Part shown: in pieces, positions 7,256-17,836 of the stretch
How the letters are laid out: each line of letters begins with the position of its first letter
How positions within the stretch are numbered: the stretch's first letter is position 1
Origin: Pseudomonas aeruginosa
GTDB lineage: Bacteria > Pseudomonadota > Gammaproteobacteria > Pseudomonadales > Pseudomonadaceae
Direction: 5' to 3'
DNA length: 32,000 bases
NCBI RefSeq assembly: GCF_001457615.1
Contig: NZ_LN831024.1
Location: forward strand, 6,030,001 to 6,062,000
Made by a program: the position numbers and the translations under genes
The notes under the pieces: generated by a model
Database searches by the model: none
The model's input: only the letters and a program-made list of their open reading frames with translations
Told to the model about the DNA's origin: nothing

Positions 7256-8836
7256 ATGCGCCTCGCCGCTTTCTCCCTGTTCCTCGCCCCCCTGCTGCTC
7301 GCCCAGCCCGCCGCCGCTGCCGCCTTGAGCGTGTGCACCGAAGCCAGCCCCGAGGGCTTCGACGTGGTCCAGTACAACTCGCTGACCACCACCAACGCCT
7401 CGGCCGATGTGCTGATGAATCGCCTGGTCGAGTTCGACGCCGGCAAGGGGACGGTGGTGCCCTCGCTGGCCGAGCGCTGGTCGGTGTCCGACGACGGCCT
7501 GAGCTATCGCTTCGACCTGCGCCAGGGTGTGCACTTCCACAGCACCGCCTACTTCAAGCCGAGCCGTACGCTCGACGCCGACGACGTGGTGTTCAGCTTC
7601 CAGCGCATGCTCGATCCGGCCAATCCCTGGCACAAGGTGGCGCAGAACGGCTTCCCGCACGCCCAGTCGATGCAACTGCCGGAGCTGATCAAGCGGGTGG
7701 AGAAAAGCGGCGACCACCAGGTGCTGTTCGTTCTCGACCACCCCGACGCGACCTTCCTGCCGATGCTGAGCATGGGCTTCGCCTCCATCTATTCGGCGGA
7801 ATACGCCGACCAGTTGATGAAGGCCGGAACCCCGGAAAAGCTCAACGCCGAGCCGATCGGCAGCGGCCCGTTCGTGTTCAAGCGCTTCCAGAAGGACGCG
7901 GTGGTGCGCTACGCCGCCAACCCCGAGTACTTCGCCGGCAAGCCGGCGGTCGACGCGCTGATCTTCGCCATCACCCCGGACGCCAACGTGCGCCTGCAGA
8001 AGTTGCGCCGCGGCGAATGCCAGATCGCCCTGTCGCCGAAGCCGCTGGACGTGGAGAGCGCGCGCAAGGACGCCAGCCTGAAGGTCGAGCAGACGCCGGC
8101 CTTCATGACCGCCTTCGTCGCCCTCAATACCCAGCATCCGCCGCTGGACGATCCCAAGGTGCGCCAGGCGATCAACCTGGCCTTCGACCGCACCAGCTAC
8201 CTGCAGGCGGTATTCGAAGGCAGCGCCAGTGCCGCCACCGGCATCTATCCGCCGAACACCTGGAGCTATGCCAGGGATATTCCCGCCTACCCGCACGCCC
8301 CCGAACAGGCGCGCAAGCTGCTGGCCGGCAAGCAGCTTCCCGAGCTGAACATCTGGACCCGCCCGTCCGGCAGCCTGCTCAACCCCAACCCGAGCCTCGG
8401 CGCCCAACTGCTCCAGGCCGACCTGGCGGAGGCCGGGATCAAGGCCAACATCCGCGTCATCGAATGGGGCGAGTTGATCCGTCGCGCCAAGAACGGCGAA
8501 CACGACCTGCTGTTCATGGGTTGGGCAGGCGACAACGGCGATCCGGACAACTTCCTCACTCCGCAATTCAGCTGCGCCAGCGTCAAGTCGGGGCTCAACT
8601 TCGCGCGCTATTGCGACCCCGGCCTGGACAAGCTGATTGCCGACGGCAAGGCCGCCAGCAGCCAGGAACAACGCACCGGTCTGTACCACCAGGCGCAGAA
8701 ACTGATCCACGAACAGGCGCTCTGGCTGCCCCTGGCCCACCCGACCGCCTTCGCCCTTACCCGCCAGGAGGTGCAGGGCTACCAGGTCAATCCGTTCGGT
8801 CGCCAGGATTTCTCTCGGGTCGCCGTGAAACGCTGA
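7256..8836 (+). CDS. Periplasmic ABC substrate-binding protein, family 5 (dipeptide/oligopeptide DppA-like)
   Basis: The ORF opens at 7196, but ATG 7256 has GGAG 6 nt upstream and gives a clean signal peptide MRLAAFSLFLAPLLLAQPAAAAA. SBP_bac_5-type sequence runs throughout. No permease or ATPase genes are adjacent. Confidence 0.9.
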   Translation: MRLAAFSLFLAPLLLAQPAAAAALSVCTEASPEGFDVVQYNSLTTTNASADVLMNRLVEFDAGKGTVVPSLAERWSVSDDGLSYRFDLRQGVHFHSTAYFKPSRTLDADDVVFSFQRMLDPANPWHKVAQNGFPHAQSMQLPELIKRVEKSGDHQVLFVLDHPDATFLPMLSMGFASIYSAEYADQLMKAGTPEKLNAEPIGSGPFVFKRFQKDAVVRYAANPEYFAGKPAVDALIFAITPDANVRLQKLRRGECQIALSPKPLDVESARKDASLKVEQTPAFMTAFVALNTQHPPLDDPKVRQAINLAFDRTSYLQAVFEGSASAATGIYPPNTWSYARDIPAYPHAPEQARKLLAGKQLPELNIWTRPSGSLLNPNPSLGAQLLQADLAEAGIKANIRVIEWGELIRRAKNGEHDLLFMGWAGDNGDPDNFLTPQFSCASVKSGLNFARYCDPGLDKLIADGKAASSQEQRTGLYHQAQKLIHEQALWLPLAHPTAFALTRQEVQGYQVNPFGRQDFSRVAVKR

Positions 8837-8861
8837 AGGCCACGCCCGGGAGAACCCAGCG

Positions 8862-9410
8862 ATGGATCTCGACCGTCTCTACCTGCCGCATTGGCAGTTC
8901 AGCGAACACCACCAGCGGCTGATCGACGCGCCGGCCGCAGCGGTACTCGACGCGGTGGAAGACCTGCTGCGCTTCGACGACCCGCTGGTGCGCGCCTTCC
9001 TCGTCCTGCGCGAAGCGCCGGGAAGGCTGGCCGGCCTGCTGGGCCGGCGCAACGACCTGGCCGGCCGCCCACGCTTCGGCCTGCATGAGTTCACCCGCCT
9101 GGAGCGCCGCGCCGACCAGGCCATCGCCTACGGCCTGGTCGGCCGCTTCTGGCGCGCCGACTTCGCCCTGGAACGCATCGCGGACGGCGAGCATTTCCGC
9201 TGCTACGACCAGCCCGGAGTGGCCAAGCTCGTGCTGTGTTTCCGTTGCACGCCCAGCGCCAGCGGTACCCTGCTGCACACGGAAACCCGGGTGTTCTGCC
9301 CTGATCGCGCCAGCCGCCTGCGCTTCACCCCCTACTGGTTGGCGATCCGCCCGGTCAGCGGGCTGATCCGCCGGCGCCTGCTGGCGGGCATCGAGCGGCG
9401 CCTGGGCTGA
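8862..9410 (+). CDS. Hypothetical protein, possibly SRPBCC/START-like (DUF2867-like)
   Basis: 182-aa ORF. GGGAGA RBS lies 8 nt upstream. Codon usage matches its neighbours. The family assignment is weak, based only on resemblance from memory. Confidence 0.65.
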   Translation: MDLDRLYLPHWQFSEHHQRLIDAPAAAVLDAVEDLLRFDDPLVRAFLVLREAPGRLAGLLGRRNDLAGRPRFGLHEFTRLERRADQAIAYGLVGRFWRADFALERIADGEHFRCYDQPGVAKLVLCFRCTPSASGTLLHTETRVFCPDRASRLRFTPYWLAIRPVSGLIRRRLLAGIERRLG

Positions 9411-9426
9411 GCCCTTCGTCGAACGC

Positions 9427-10212
<786 letters not shown>

Positions 10213-10240
10213 TCATCCATTTCCTTATTAAGGCAAGCCT

Positions 10241-11449
10241 ATGCAGCGGCTCTATCGGAAACGCATCGTCCTCGGCGTGGGCGGCGGCATTGCCGCCTAC
10301 AAGAGCGCCGAACTGGTCCGCCGCCTGCGCGACCAGGGCGCTGAAGTCCGAGTGGTGATGACCCAGGGCGGCCGCGAGTTCATCACGCCCCTGACCCTCC
10401 AGGCGTTGTCCGGCCATCCGGTGCATACCGATCTGCTGGACCCGGCGGCGGAAGCCGCGATGGGCCACATCGAACTGGCCCGCTGGGCCGATCTGGTGCT
10501 GATCGCACCGGCTACCGCCGACCTCATGGCGCGCCTGGTCCAGGGCGTGGCCAACGACCTGCTGACCACCCTGGTGCTGGCCACCGACGCGCAAATCGCC
10601 CTGGCACCGGCGATGAACCAGGCCATGTGGCGCGACACCGCGACCCAGGCCAACGCCGAGCTGCTGCGCCAGCGCGGCTTCCACCTGTTCGGTCCGGCAG
10701 CGGGCAGCCAGGCCTGCGGCGACGTCGGCCTCGGACGCATGCTCGAAGCCGAGGAACTGGCGCAGCGCGCCGCCGACTGCTTCCAGCGCCAGGCGCTGAC
10801 CGGCGTGCATGTGCTGATCACCGCCGGCCCGACCCAGGAAAACATCGACCCGGTGCGCTACATCACCAACCACAGTTCCGGAAAGATGGGCTTCGCCCTC
10901 GCCGAGGCGGCGGTGGAAGCCGGCGCACGGGTGACCCTGGTCACCGGCCCGGTGCACCTGCCCACGCCCGACCGGGTGCAGCGCGTCGACGTGGTCAGCG
11001 CCCGCGACATGCTGGCCGCCTGCGAGGCGGCGATGCCCTGCGACCTGCTGATCGCCTCCGCAGCGGTCGCCGACTACCGCCCGGAAGTGGTCGCCGCGCA
11101 CAAACTGAAGAAAGACCCTACCAGCGGCGAGGGCTTGCTCTTGCAGCTGGTGCGCAATCCCGACATTCTCGCCACCCTCGCACAGCGCGAGGATCGTCCC
11201 TTCAGCGTGGGCTTCGCCGCAGAAACCGAAAACCTGCTGGACTATGCTGCACGCAAGCTGAAGGACAAGAACCTCGACCTGATCGTCGCCAACGACGTGG
11301 CCAACCCCTCGATCGGCTTCAACAGCGACGAGAACGCGATCACGGTGATCGACCGCGACCTGCATCCGAGCACCTTCGCCCAGACCAGCAAGGGCAAGAT
11401 CGCTCGCCAGCTGGTCGCCTTCATCGCCGACCGCCTCAACCAGCAATGA
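10241..11449 (+). CDS. coaBC: Bifunctional phosphopantothenoylcysteine decarboxylase / phosphopantothenate-cysteine ligase
   Basis: 402-aa ORF. It has an N-terminal flavoprotein domain ([10 protein letters not shown]) and a C-terminal CoaB domain ([25 protein letters not shown]). Confidence 0.95.
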
Positions 11450-11456
11450 GTTACTG

Positions 11457-11912
11457 ATGCACTCTCTCCAAGCCAAGATCCTCGACCCCCGCCTGGGCTC
11501 CGACTTCCCGCTCCCGCAGTACGCCACGCCGGGCTCGGCCGGCCTGGACCTGCGCGCCATGCTCAAGGAAGACAGCGTCCTCGGCCCGGGCCAGACCCTG
11601 CTGATTCCCACCGGCCTGTCCATCTACATCGCCGATCCCGGCCTCGCCGCCCTGGTCCTGCCGCGCTCCGGCCTGGGGCACAAGCACGGCATCGTGCTGG
11701 GCAACCTGGTCGGCCTGATCGACTCGGACTACCAGGGCGAGCTGATGGTGTCGTGCTGGAACCGCGGCGAGTCGCCGTTCACCATCGCCGTCGGCGAGCG
11801 CATCGCGCAGTTGGTACTGGTGCCGGTGGTGCAGGCGCATTTCGAGCTGGTCGAAGCGTTCGACGAAAGCCAGCGCGGCGCCGGCGGCTTCGGCCATTCC
11901 GGCAGCCACTGA
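11457..11912 (+). CDS. dut: dUTP diphosphatase
   Basis: 151-aa ORF with conserved dUTPase motifs ([41 protein letters not shown]). Confidence 0.97.
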
Positions 11913-12822
11913 CCCCGAACACAGGACGAGACGCCGAGGAGACGCGGCATGAAGCTTTTCCAGCGCACCGCCAAGGATGGGAACGAGTTGGGCGACCTGC
12001 TCGAACCGGAAAAGAAGCCGCGCAAGGCAGCGTCCGAACGCGCTGACGGCAAGGACCTGCTGCCCGGCATAGGCGCCAGCCTACTGGGCGTGGCGGCCGC
12101 CGGCGCCCTGCTCTGGTTCGGCGTCTTCGGCGGCGCCGGTGAGGCGCAGCAGCGCCAGTTGGACGCGGCCTGGGCCGAAGGCCAGGCCGGCGCCTTGCGC
12201 CAGGCCTTGCAGCAACTCGCCGCCGACACCCGCGCCGCCGCGGCCAGCCCCTCGCCCTCGAAGCCCTGCAAAGCGGCGACGCCACCCGCATCGAGGCCGC
12301 CCAGCGCAGCCTGCTGGCCTGGGACGGCGTGGTCGATGCCCACCTGAACGCGCCCGGCCAGGCCGCCCAGGACAACGACAGCCCCGGCCCGGTCAGCTTC
12401 GCCGCCCTGGATATCCTGCACCGGGTGGAAAGTGGCCAGAACGTCGCCGCCGAAGCCTACAAGGTCGGCCAGCGCTGGCTGCTGTACAGCGCCGCGCCGG
12501 TGCGCGGCGCCGACCAGAGCCTGCAAGGCACGCTGCTGCTGGCGGTCGACCTGCAACGGCTGCTGCGCGCCCTGCCGCCCTTGCCGGGCGATGCCGGCCA
12601 GGTACAACTGGTCCAGCAGTTCTCCGGCGCACCGGCCCAGGTGCTGCTGCAACGCGGTACGCCGGCGCCGGGCAAGGGTGCGCAAGCGCTGGACAGCGGC
12701 AATCCGAACTGGAAACTGAACTACACGCCCGGCAGCGTCGCTTCGACCCAGGCCTCGCCGCTGCTGCTGGCACTCGCGGCGCTGCTGGCGCTGCTCGGCG
12801 GCATCCTCGGCACCTACCTCAC

Positions 12823-12831
12823 CCGTTCGTC
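12823..12831 (+). promoter_or_regulatory. AlgR-binding core CCGTTCGTC (algC ABS1-like)
   Basis: Exact match to the AlgR recognition core as I recall it from algD and algC studies. Its spacing to the next two cores (256 and 484 bp) agrees with the published algC layout as I remember it (about -94, +161, +389). Confidence 0.7.
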
Positions 12832-13078
12832 GCTGTTGCGCCGCCTGCATCAGGATGTCCTGACCCTCGGTCAGTATCTTCAGGAACTCGGCGGGCAACG
12901 CACTGCCAAACCCCCTGTGCCTAGCCTGCCGGGCTTCGCCCCGCTGATCCAGGCATTGGCCCGCCAGCCGCGGCGCAAGCCGGAGCCGACCAGCGTGCCC
13001 AGCCCTGCCAAGGCAGCGCCGGTGGCGCCGGTGGCGGTGGCGAAAGCGCCTCCTCGCGAGGAGCCGGCATTGGCAGAT

Positions 13079-13087
13079 CCGTTGTTC
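13079..13087 (+). promoter_or_regulatory. AlgR-binding core variant CCGTTGTTC (algC ABS2-like)
   Basis: One-mismatch variant of the core, 256 bp downstream of the first site and in the algC leader 76 nt before the ATG at 13163. Confidence 0.65.
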
Positions 13088-13162
13088 CAGAACACCGACA
13101 TTCTGGATATCGACATTCTCGATGAAGACCAGGACCTCCTGGGATTGGAGCAAACCCCCATC

Positions 13163-15476
<2,314 letters not shown>

Positions 15477-15480
15477 TCGC

Positions 15481-15512
15481 CCGCCACGGCGCGCTCCGGC
15501 GCGCCATGGCGG
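15481..15512. terminator. Strong GC hairpin between convergent argB and sphR
   Basis: CCGCCACGGCGCGC (15481-15494), loop TCCG, GCGCGCCATGGCGG (15499-15512), with 13 of 14 positions paired. The U-tract is weak (TTCCTCC). Confidence 0.5.
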
Positions 15513-15520
15513 TTCCTCCA

Positions 15521-16591
15521 TTAGCGTCGCGCGGCCAGCGTGAAGACCTGGTCCAACGGGCTCGTGCCCTCGCTACGGAAGGTCGCCGGGCTCACTCCCG
15601 TCCAGCGCTTGAACGCGCGCCTGAAACTGCGGATGTCACGGTATCCCACTTCCTCGGTGATGCGTTCGATGGACATCCCGGGGTTGCCCAGCAGGCTCAT
15701 CGCCCGCCCTCGTCGCACCTGTTCCAGCAACGCCTCGAAGGTCAGCCCGTGTTCGGCCAGCCGGCGCCGCAGGGTGCGGCTGCTCATGTTCAGTTCGGCG
15801 GAAATCCTTTCGATCTGGCTGCCCAGGCTGAGGTCGCGGGCGATGGCCCGTTCCACCGCCTGGACCAGGTCGAGTTTCCGGTGCACCTGGGTGCTTTCCT
15901 GCTCCAGCAGGGCCAGCGCCTGGCGCAACGCCGGCAGGTTGTGGTTGGGCAGGCGCATGTCCAGCCAGTGGCTGGCGATCGCCATGCGGTTGTGCAGGCA
16001 GCCGAAGCGTACCTGGGGGCCCAGCAGGCGCAGGTACTCGCCCGCGTAGGGCGGAGCGGCATGGATGAGTTCGATGCCCAGCGGTTCGAACGCCGGGCTG
16101 ACCAGGGCACGCCCATACACCAGCAGGCTGGCGAAGAACTCCTCGATGGCGAACACCTGCACCTCGCTGCTGGGCAGGTGGCATTCGACCTCGACGAAGA
16201 AGGTGTCGCCCTGCTGGTAGACGCTGGAGGTGACGATACCGCCCGAGCTGTGCTGGTAGCGCACGCCGATGTCGAACGCGTCGCGCAGGGTCCGGCACAG
16301 CGACAGCACATGGCCCAGCAGGCCAAGGGTGCCGAGCACGTTCTGGTGTCCGACCCACAGCCCCAGTCCCCGCTCCGGCAGGGCCTGGAGGGCACGCTGG
16401 ATCATGCTCACGGCCTGGCGGTAGGAGATGCGCTGGGTAGGGTCCTGCAGGTCTTCGACGGTGAAGCCCAGGCCCCGGCACAGCCGCGCGGGATCGACAC
16501 CATGGCCTTCGACCACCTCGGCCAGCGTCTGCAGCAGGAAGGTGGATACCTGGGCGAGTTCGTAGCGCGCATCGGCGGCATTGTTGTGCAT
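15521..16591 (-). CDS. sphR: AraC-family transcriptional regulator (sphingosine-responsive SphR)
   Basis: The ORF opens at 16714, but ATG 16591 (MHNNAADARYELAQV...) has an AGGA RBS and gives 356 aa. The C-terminus has an AraC HTH (SAELNMSSRTLRRRLAEHG...IRSFRRAFKRWTGVSP) and the N-terminus an AraC_N-type ligand domain. The symbol comes from recalled PA5324 synteny. Confidence 0.85.
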   Translation of the reverse strand: MHNNAADARYELAQVSTFLLQTLAEVVEGHGVDPARLCRGLGFTVEDLQDPTQRISYRQAVSMIQRALQALPERGLGLWVGHQNVLGTLGLLGHVLSLCRTLRDAFDIGVRYQHSSGGIVTSSVYQQGDTFFVEVECHLPSSEVQVFAIEEFFASLLVYGRALVSPAFEPLGIELIHAAPPYAGEYLRLLGPQVRFGCLHNRMAIASHWLDMRLPNHNLPALRQALALLEQESTQVHRKLDLVQAVERAIARDLSLGSQIERISAELNMSSRTLRRRLAEHGLTFEALLEQVRRGRAMSLLGNPGMSIERITEEVGYRDIRSFRRAFKRWTGVSPATFRSEGTSPLDQVFTLAARR

Positions 16592-16647
16592 GGGCGAAAT
16601 CCTGAGCCGGTCTCGGCTTCGTTCTTGTTCTGGCGGTGGATCGCGAC

Positions 16648-16665
16648 ATGGGATGAGCGTCCCAT
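16648..16665. promoter_or_regulatory. Inverted repeat ATGGGA-N6-TCCCAT in the sphR-sphA divergent region
   Basis: Read directly from the sequence. It is followed by a direct repeat of TCCGCA (16676-16681 and 16708-16713, 32 bp apart). These are candidate SphR or promoter elements, by inference only. Confidence 0.25.
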
Positions 16666-16794
16666 CATATAGCGTTCCGCACAGATGTAACAAAGCATTG
16701 CGCAGTGTCCGCAAATCCCCCCCTCGCTGACCGTCAATGCCCTGCCTCGGCCTGCCGTTAGGGCTTATTCCTATGCCGTGCCCCGAGCCACGCC

Positions 16795-16808
16795 AACAAT
16801 AATAAGAG
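16795..16808 (+). promoter_or_regulatory. A-rich (AAN)n motif AACAATAATAAGAG overlapping the sphA RBS (Hfq/Crc CA-motif-like)
   Basis: AAcAAtAAtAA matches the AAnAAnAA catabolite-activity motif known for Hfq/Crc-repressed Pseudomonas mRNAs. It lies 8-21 nt upstream of the sphA ATG. Confidence 0.35.
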
Positions 16809-16815
16809 CCCGCCC

Positions 16816-17766
16816 ATGAACCCGATCCGCCCCCACAGGCCCCTGCGCCTGGCCGCCTGCGTCACCCTCGCCGTCAGCTGCTGCACCCACGCCAGCGAAG
16901 GCGGCGTGGACAACATTGGTCCAGGAACCGACGGTTTCTTCACCCTGCCACTGGACGTCGACAACCTCCCCGACCACATGTTCGCCTTCAACGTCTACTA
17001 CAACCACTACGAAGCCAGGAAGCTGAACATCAGCTCCTTCGGCGGCAAGGTGTCCGACGTGAAGATCAGCTCGGATGCGATCATCCCTCGCCTGGACTAC
17101 CTGAGCCCGCTGCGGATCTTCGGCGGGCGCCTGGGCGGCTACATCGCCCAGCCCTATCTCCGCCAACGGGTGGCCGCGTTCGGCCTGAGCGACGAACGGG
17201 AAAGCATGGGCGACACCACCTTCGCGCCGATCATCCTCTGGGACATGGGCAAGGACCTGACCCTGGCCGCCGCCGTGGAGGTCACCGTGCCCACCGGCAA
17301 GTACGATGCCGAGCGGCTGGCCAACACCAGCAACAACTTCTACACCTACAAGCCGCTGTTCTCCTTCACCTGGCTGCCCACCGAACGCACCGAGCTGTCG
17401 CTGAAGGCCACCTACAGCTTCAACATGGAAAACCACGACACCGACTATCGCTCGGGGCAGATCTTCCATTTCGACTATTCCGCCAGCTACCGGGTGACCG
17501 ACAACCTGCGCCTCGGCCTGAACGGCTACTACCTCAAGCAGACCACCGACGACAAACAGAACGGCGAGACCGTACGGGTGTTCGGTTTCGGCGAGGAAGT
17601 CGACGACGGCGTACGCGGCCAGGTCTTCGCCATCGGCCCGGCCGTGCACCTGACCTTCCTCAAGTACGCCAGCGCGGAGATCCGCTGGGCCAAGGAATTC
17701 GACGTGGAGAACCGCCCCGAGGGCGACATGCTCTGGGCCAAGCTGACCATTCCGTTCGAACTCTGA
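16816..17766 (+). CDS. sphA: Outer-membrane beta-barrel channel, MetA-pathway/phenol-degradation-like family (SphA)
   Basis: 316-aa ORF. It has a signal peptide (LRLAACVTLAVSCCTHA) and alternating beta-strand pattern, and ends in a C-terminal Phe-containing strand (LTIPFEL). The symbol comes from recalled PA5325 synteny. Confidence 0.85.
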   Translation: MNPIRPHRPLRLAACVTLAVSCCTHASEGGVDNIGPGTDGFFTLPLDVDNLPDHMFAFNVYYNHYEARKLNISSFGGKVSDVKISSDAIIPRLDYLSPLRIFGGRLGGYIAQPYLRQRVAAFGLSDERESMGDTTFAPIILWDMGKDLTLAAAVEVTVPTGKYDAERLANTSNNFYTYKPLFSFTWLPTERTELSLKATYSFNMENHDTDYRSGQIFHFDYSASYRVTDNLRLGLNGYYLKQTTDDKQNGETVRVFGFGEEVDDGVRGQVFAIGPAVHLTFLKYASAEIRWAKEFDVENRPEGDMLWAKLTIPFEL

Positions 17767-17780
17767 GGCATCGGAACGAA

Positions 17781-17809
17781 GCGGCAGCCCGGTATCCGCG
17801 GGCTGCCGC
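17781..17809. terminator. Hairpin between convergent sphA and sphD
   Basis: GCGGCAGCCCG (17781-17791), a 7-nt loop, then CGGGCTGCCGC (17799-17809), giving an 11-bp perfect stem. There is no clear U-tract on either strand. Confidence 0.45.
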
Positions 17810-17836
17810 CATCGACGAGGAAAAGCGCCAGGCGTC

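Larger units (their letters stand above)
11949..13162 (+). pseudogene. Coding-like region upstream of and in frame with algC, encoding a TM / periplasmic-domain / TM extension, interrupted by one frame change
   Basis: ATG 11949 has a strong GAGGAGA RBS. The frame-0 ORF (11949-12347) encodes a basic N-terminus plus TM1 (LPGIGASLLGVAAAGALLWFGVF). The algC frame is open from 12143 and, from about 12250 on, encodes a ~165-aa soluble segment, TM2 (PLLLALAALLALLGGILGTYL) and a Pro/Ala linker that runs directly into the algC Met. The two pieces are in different frames. Whether this is a real gene, a frameshifted gene or two genes is unresolved. Confidence 0.45.

Noticed and set aside
7232-8922. 502-aa minus ORF and 529-aa off-frame plus ORF over the substrate-binding-protein gene
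   Set aside because: Same reasoning. The SBP frame has a signal peptide and family-5 SBP sequence, and the others are compositional artefacts.
17191-17199. Exact AlgR core (GACGAACGG, which is CCGTTCGTC on the minus strand) inside sphA
   Set aside because: It lies deep within a coding region, on the strand opposite the gene, with no partner site. This is consistent with chance occurrence of a GC-rich 9-mer.
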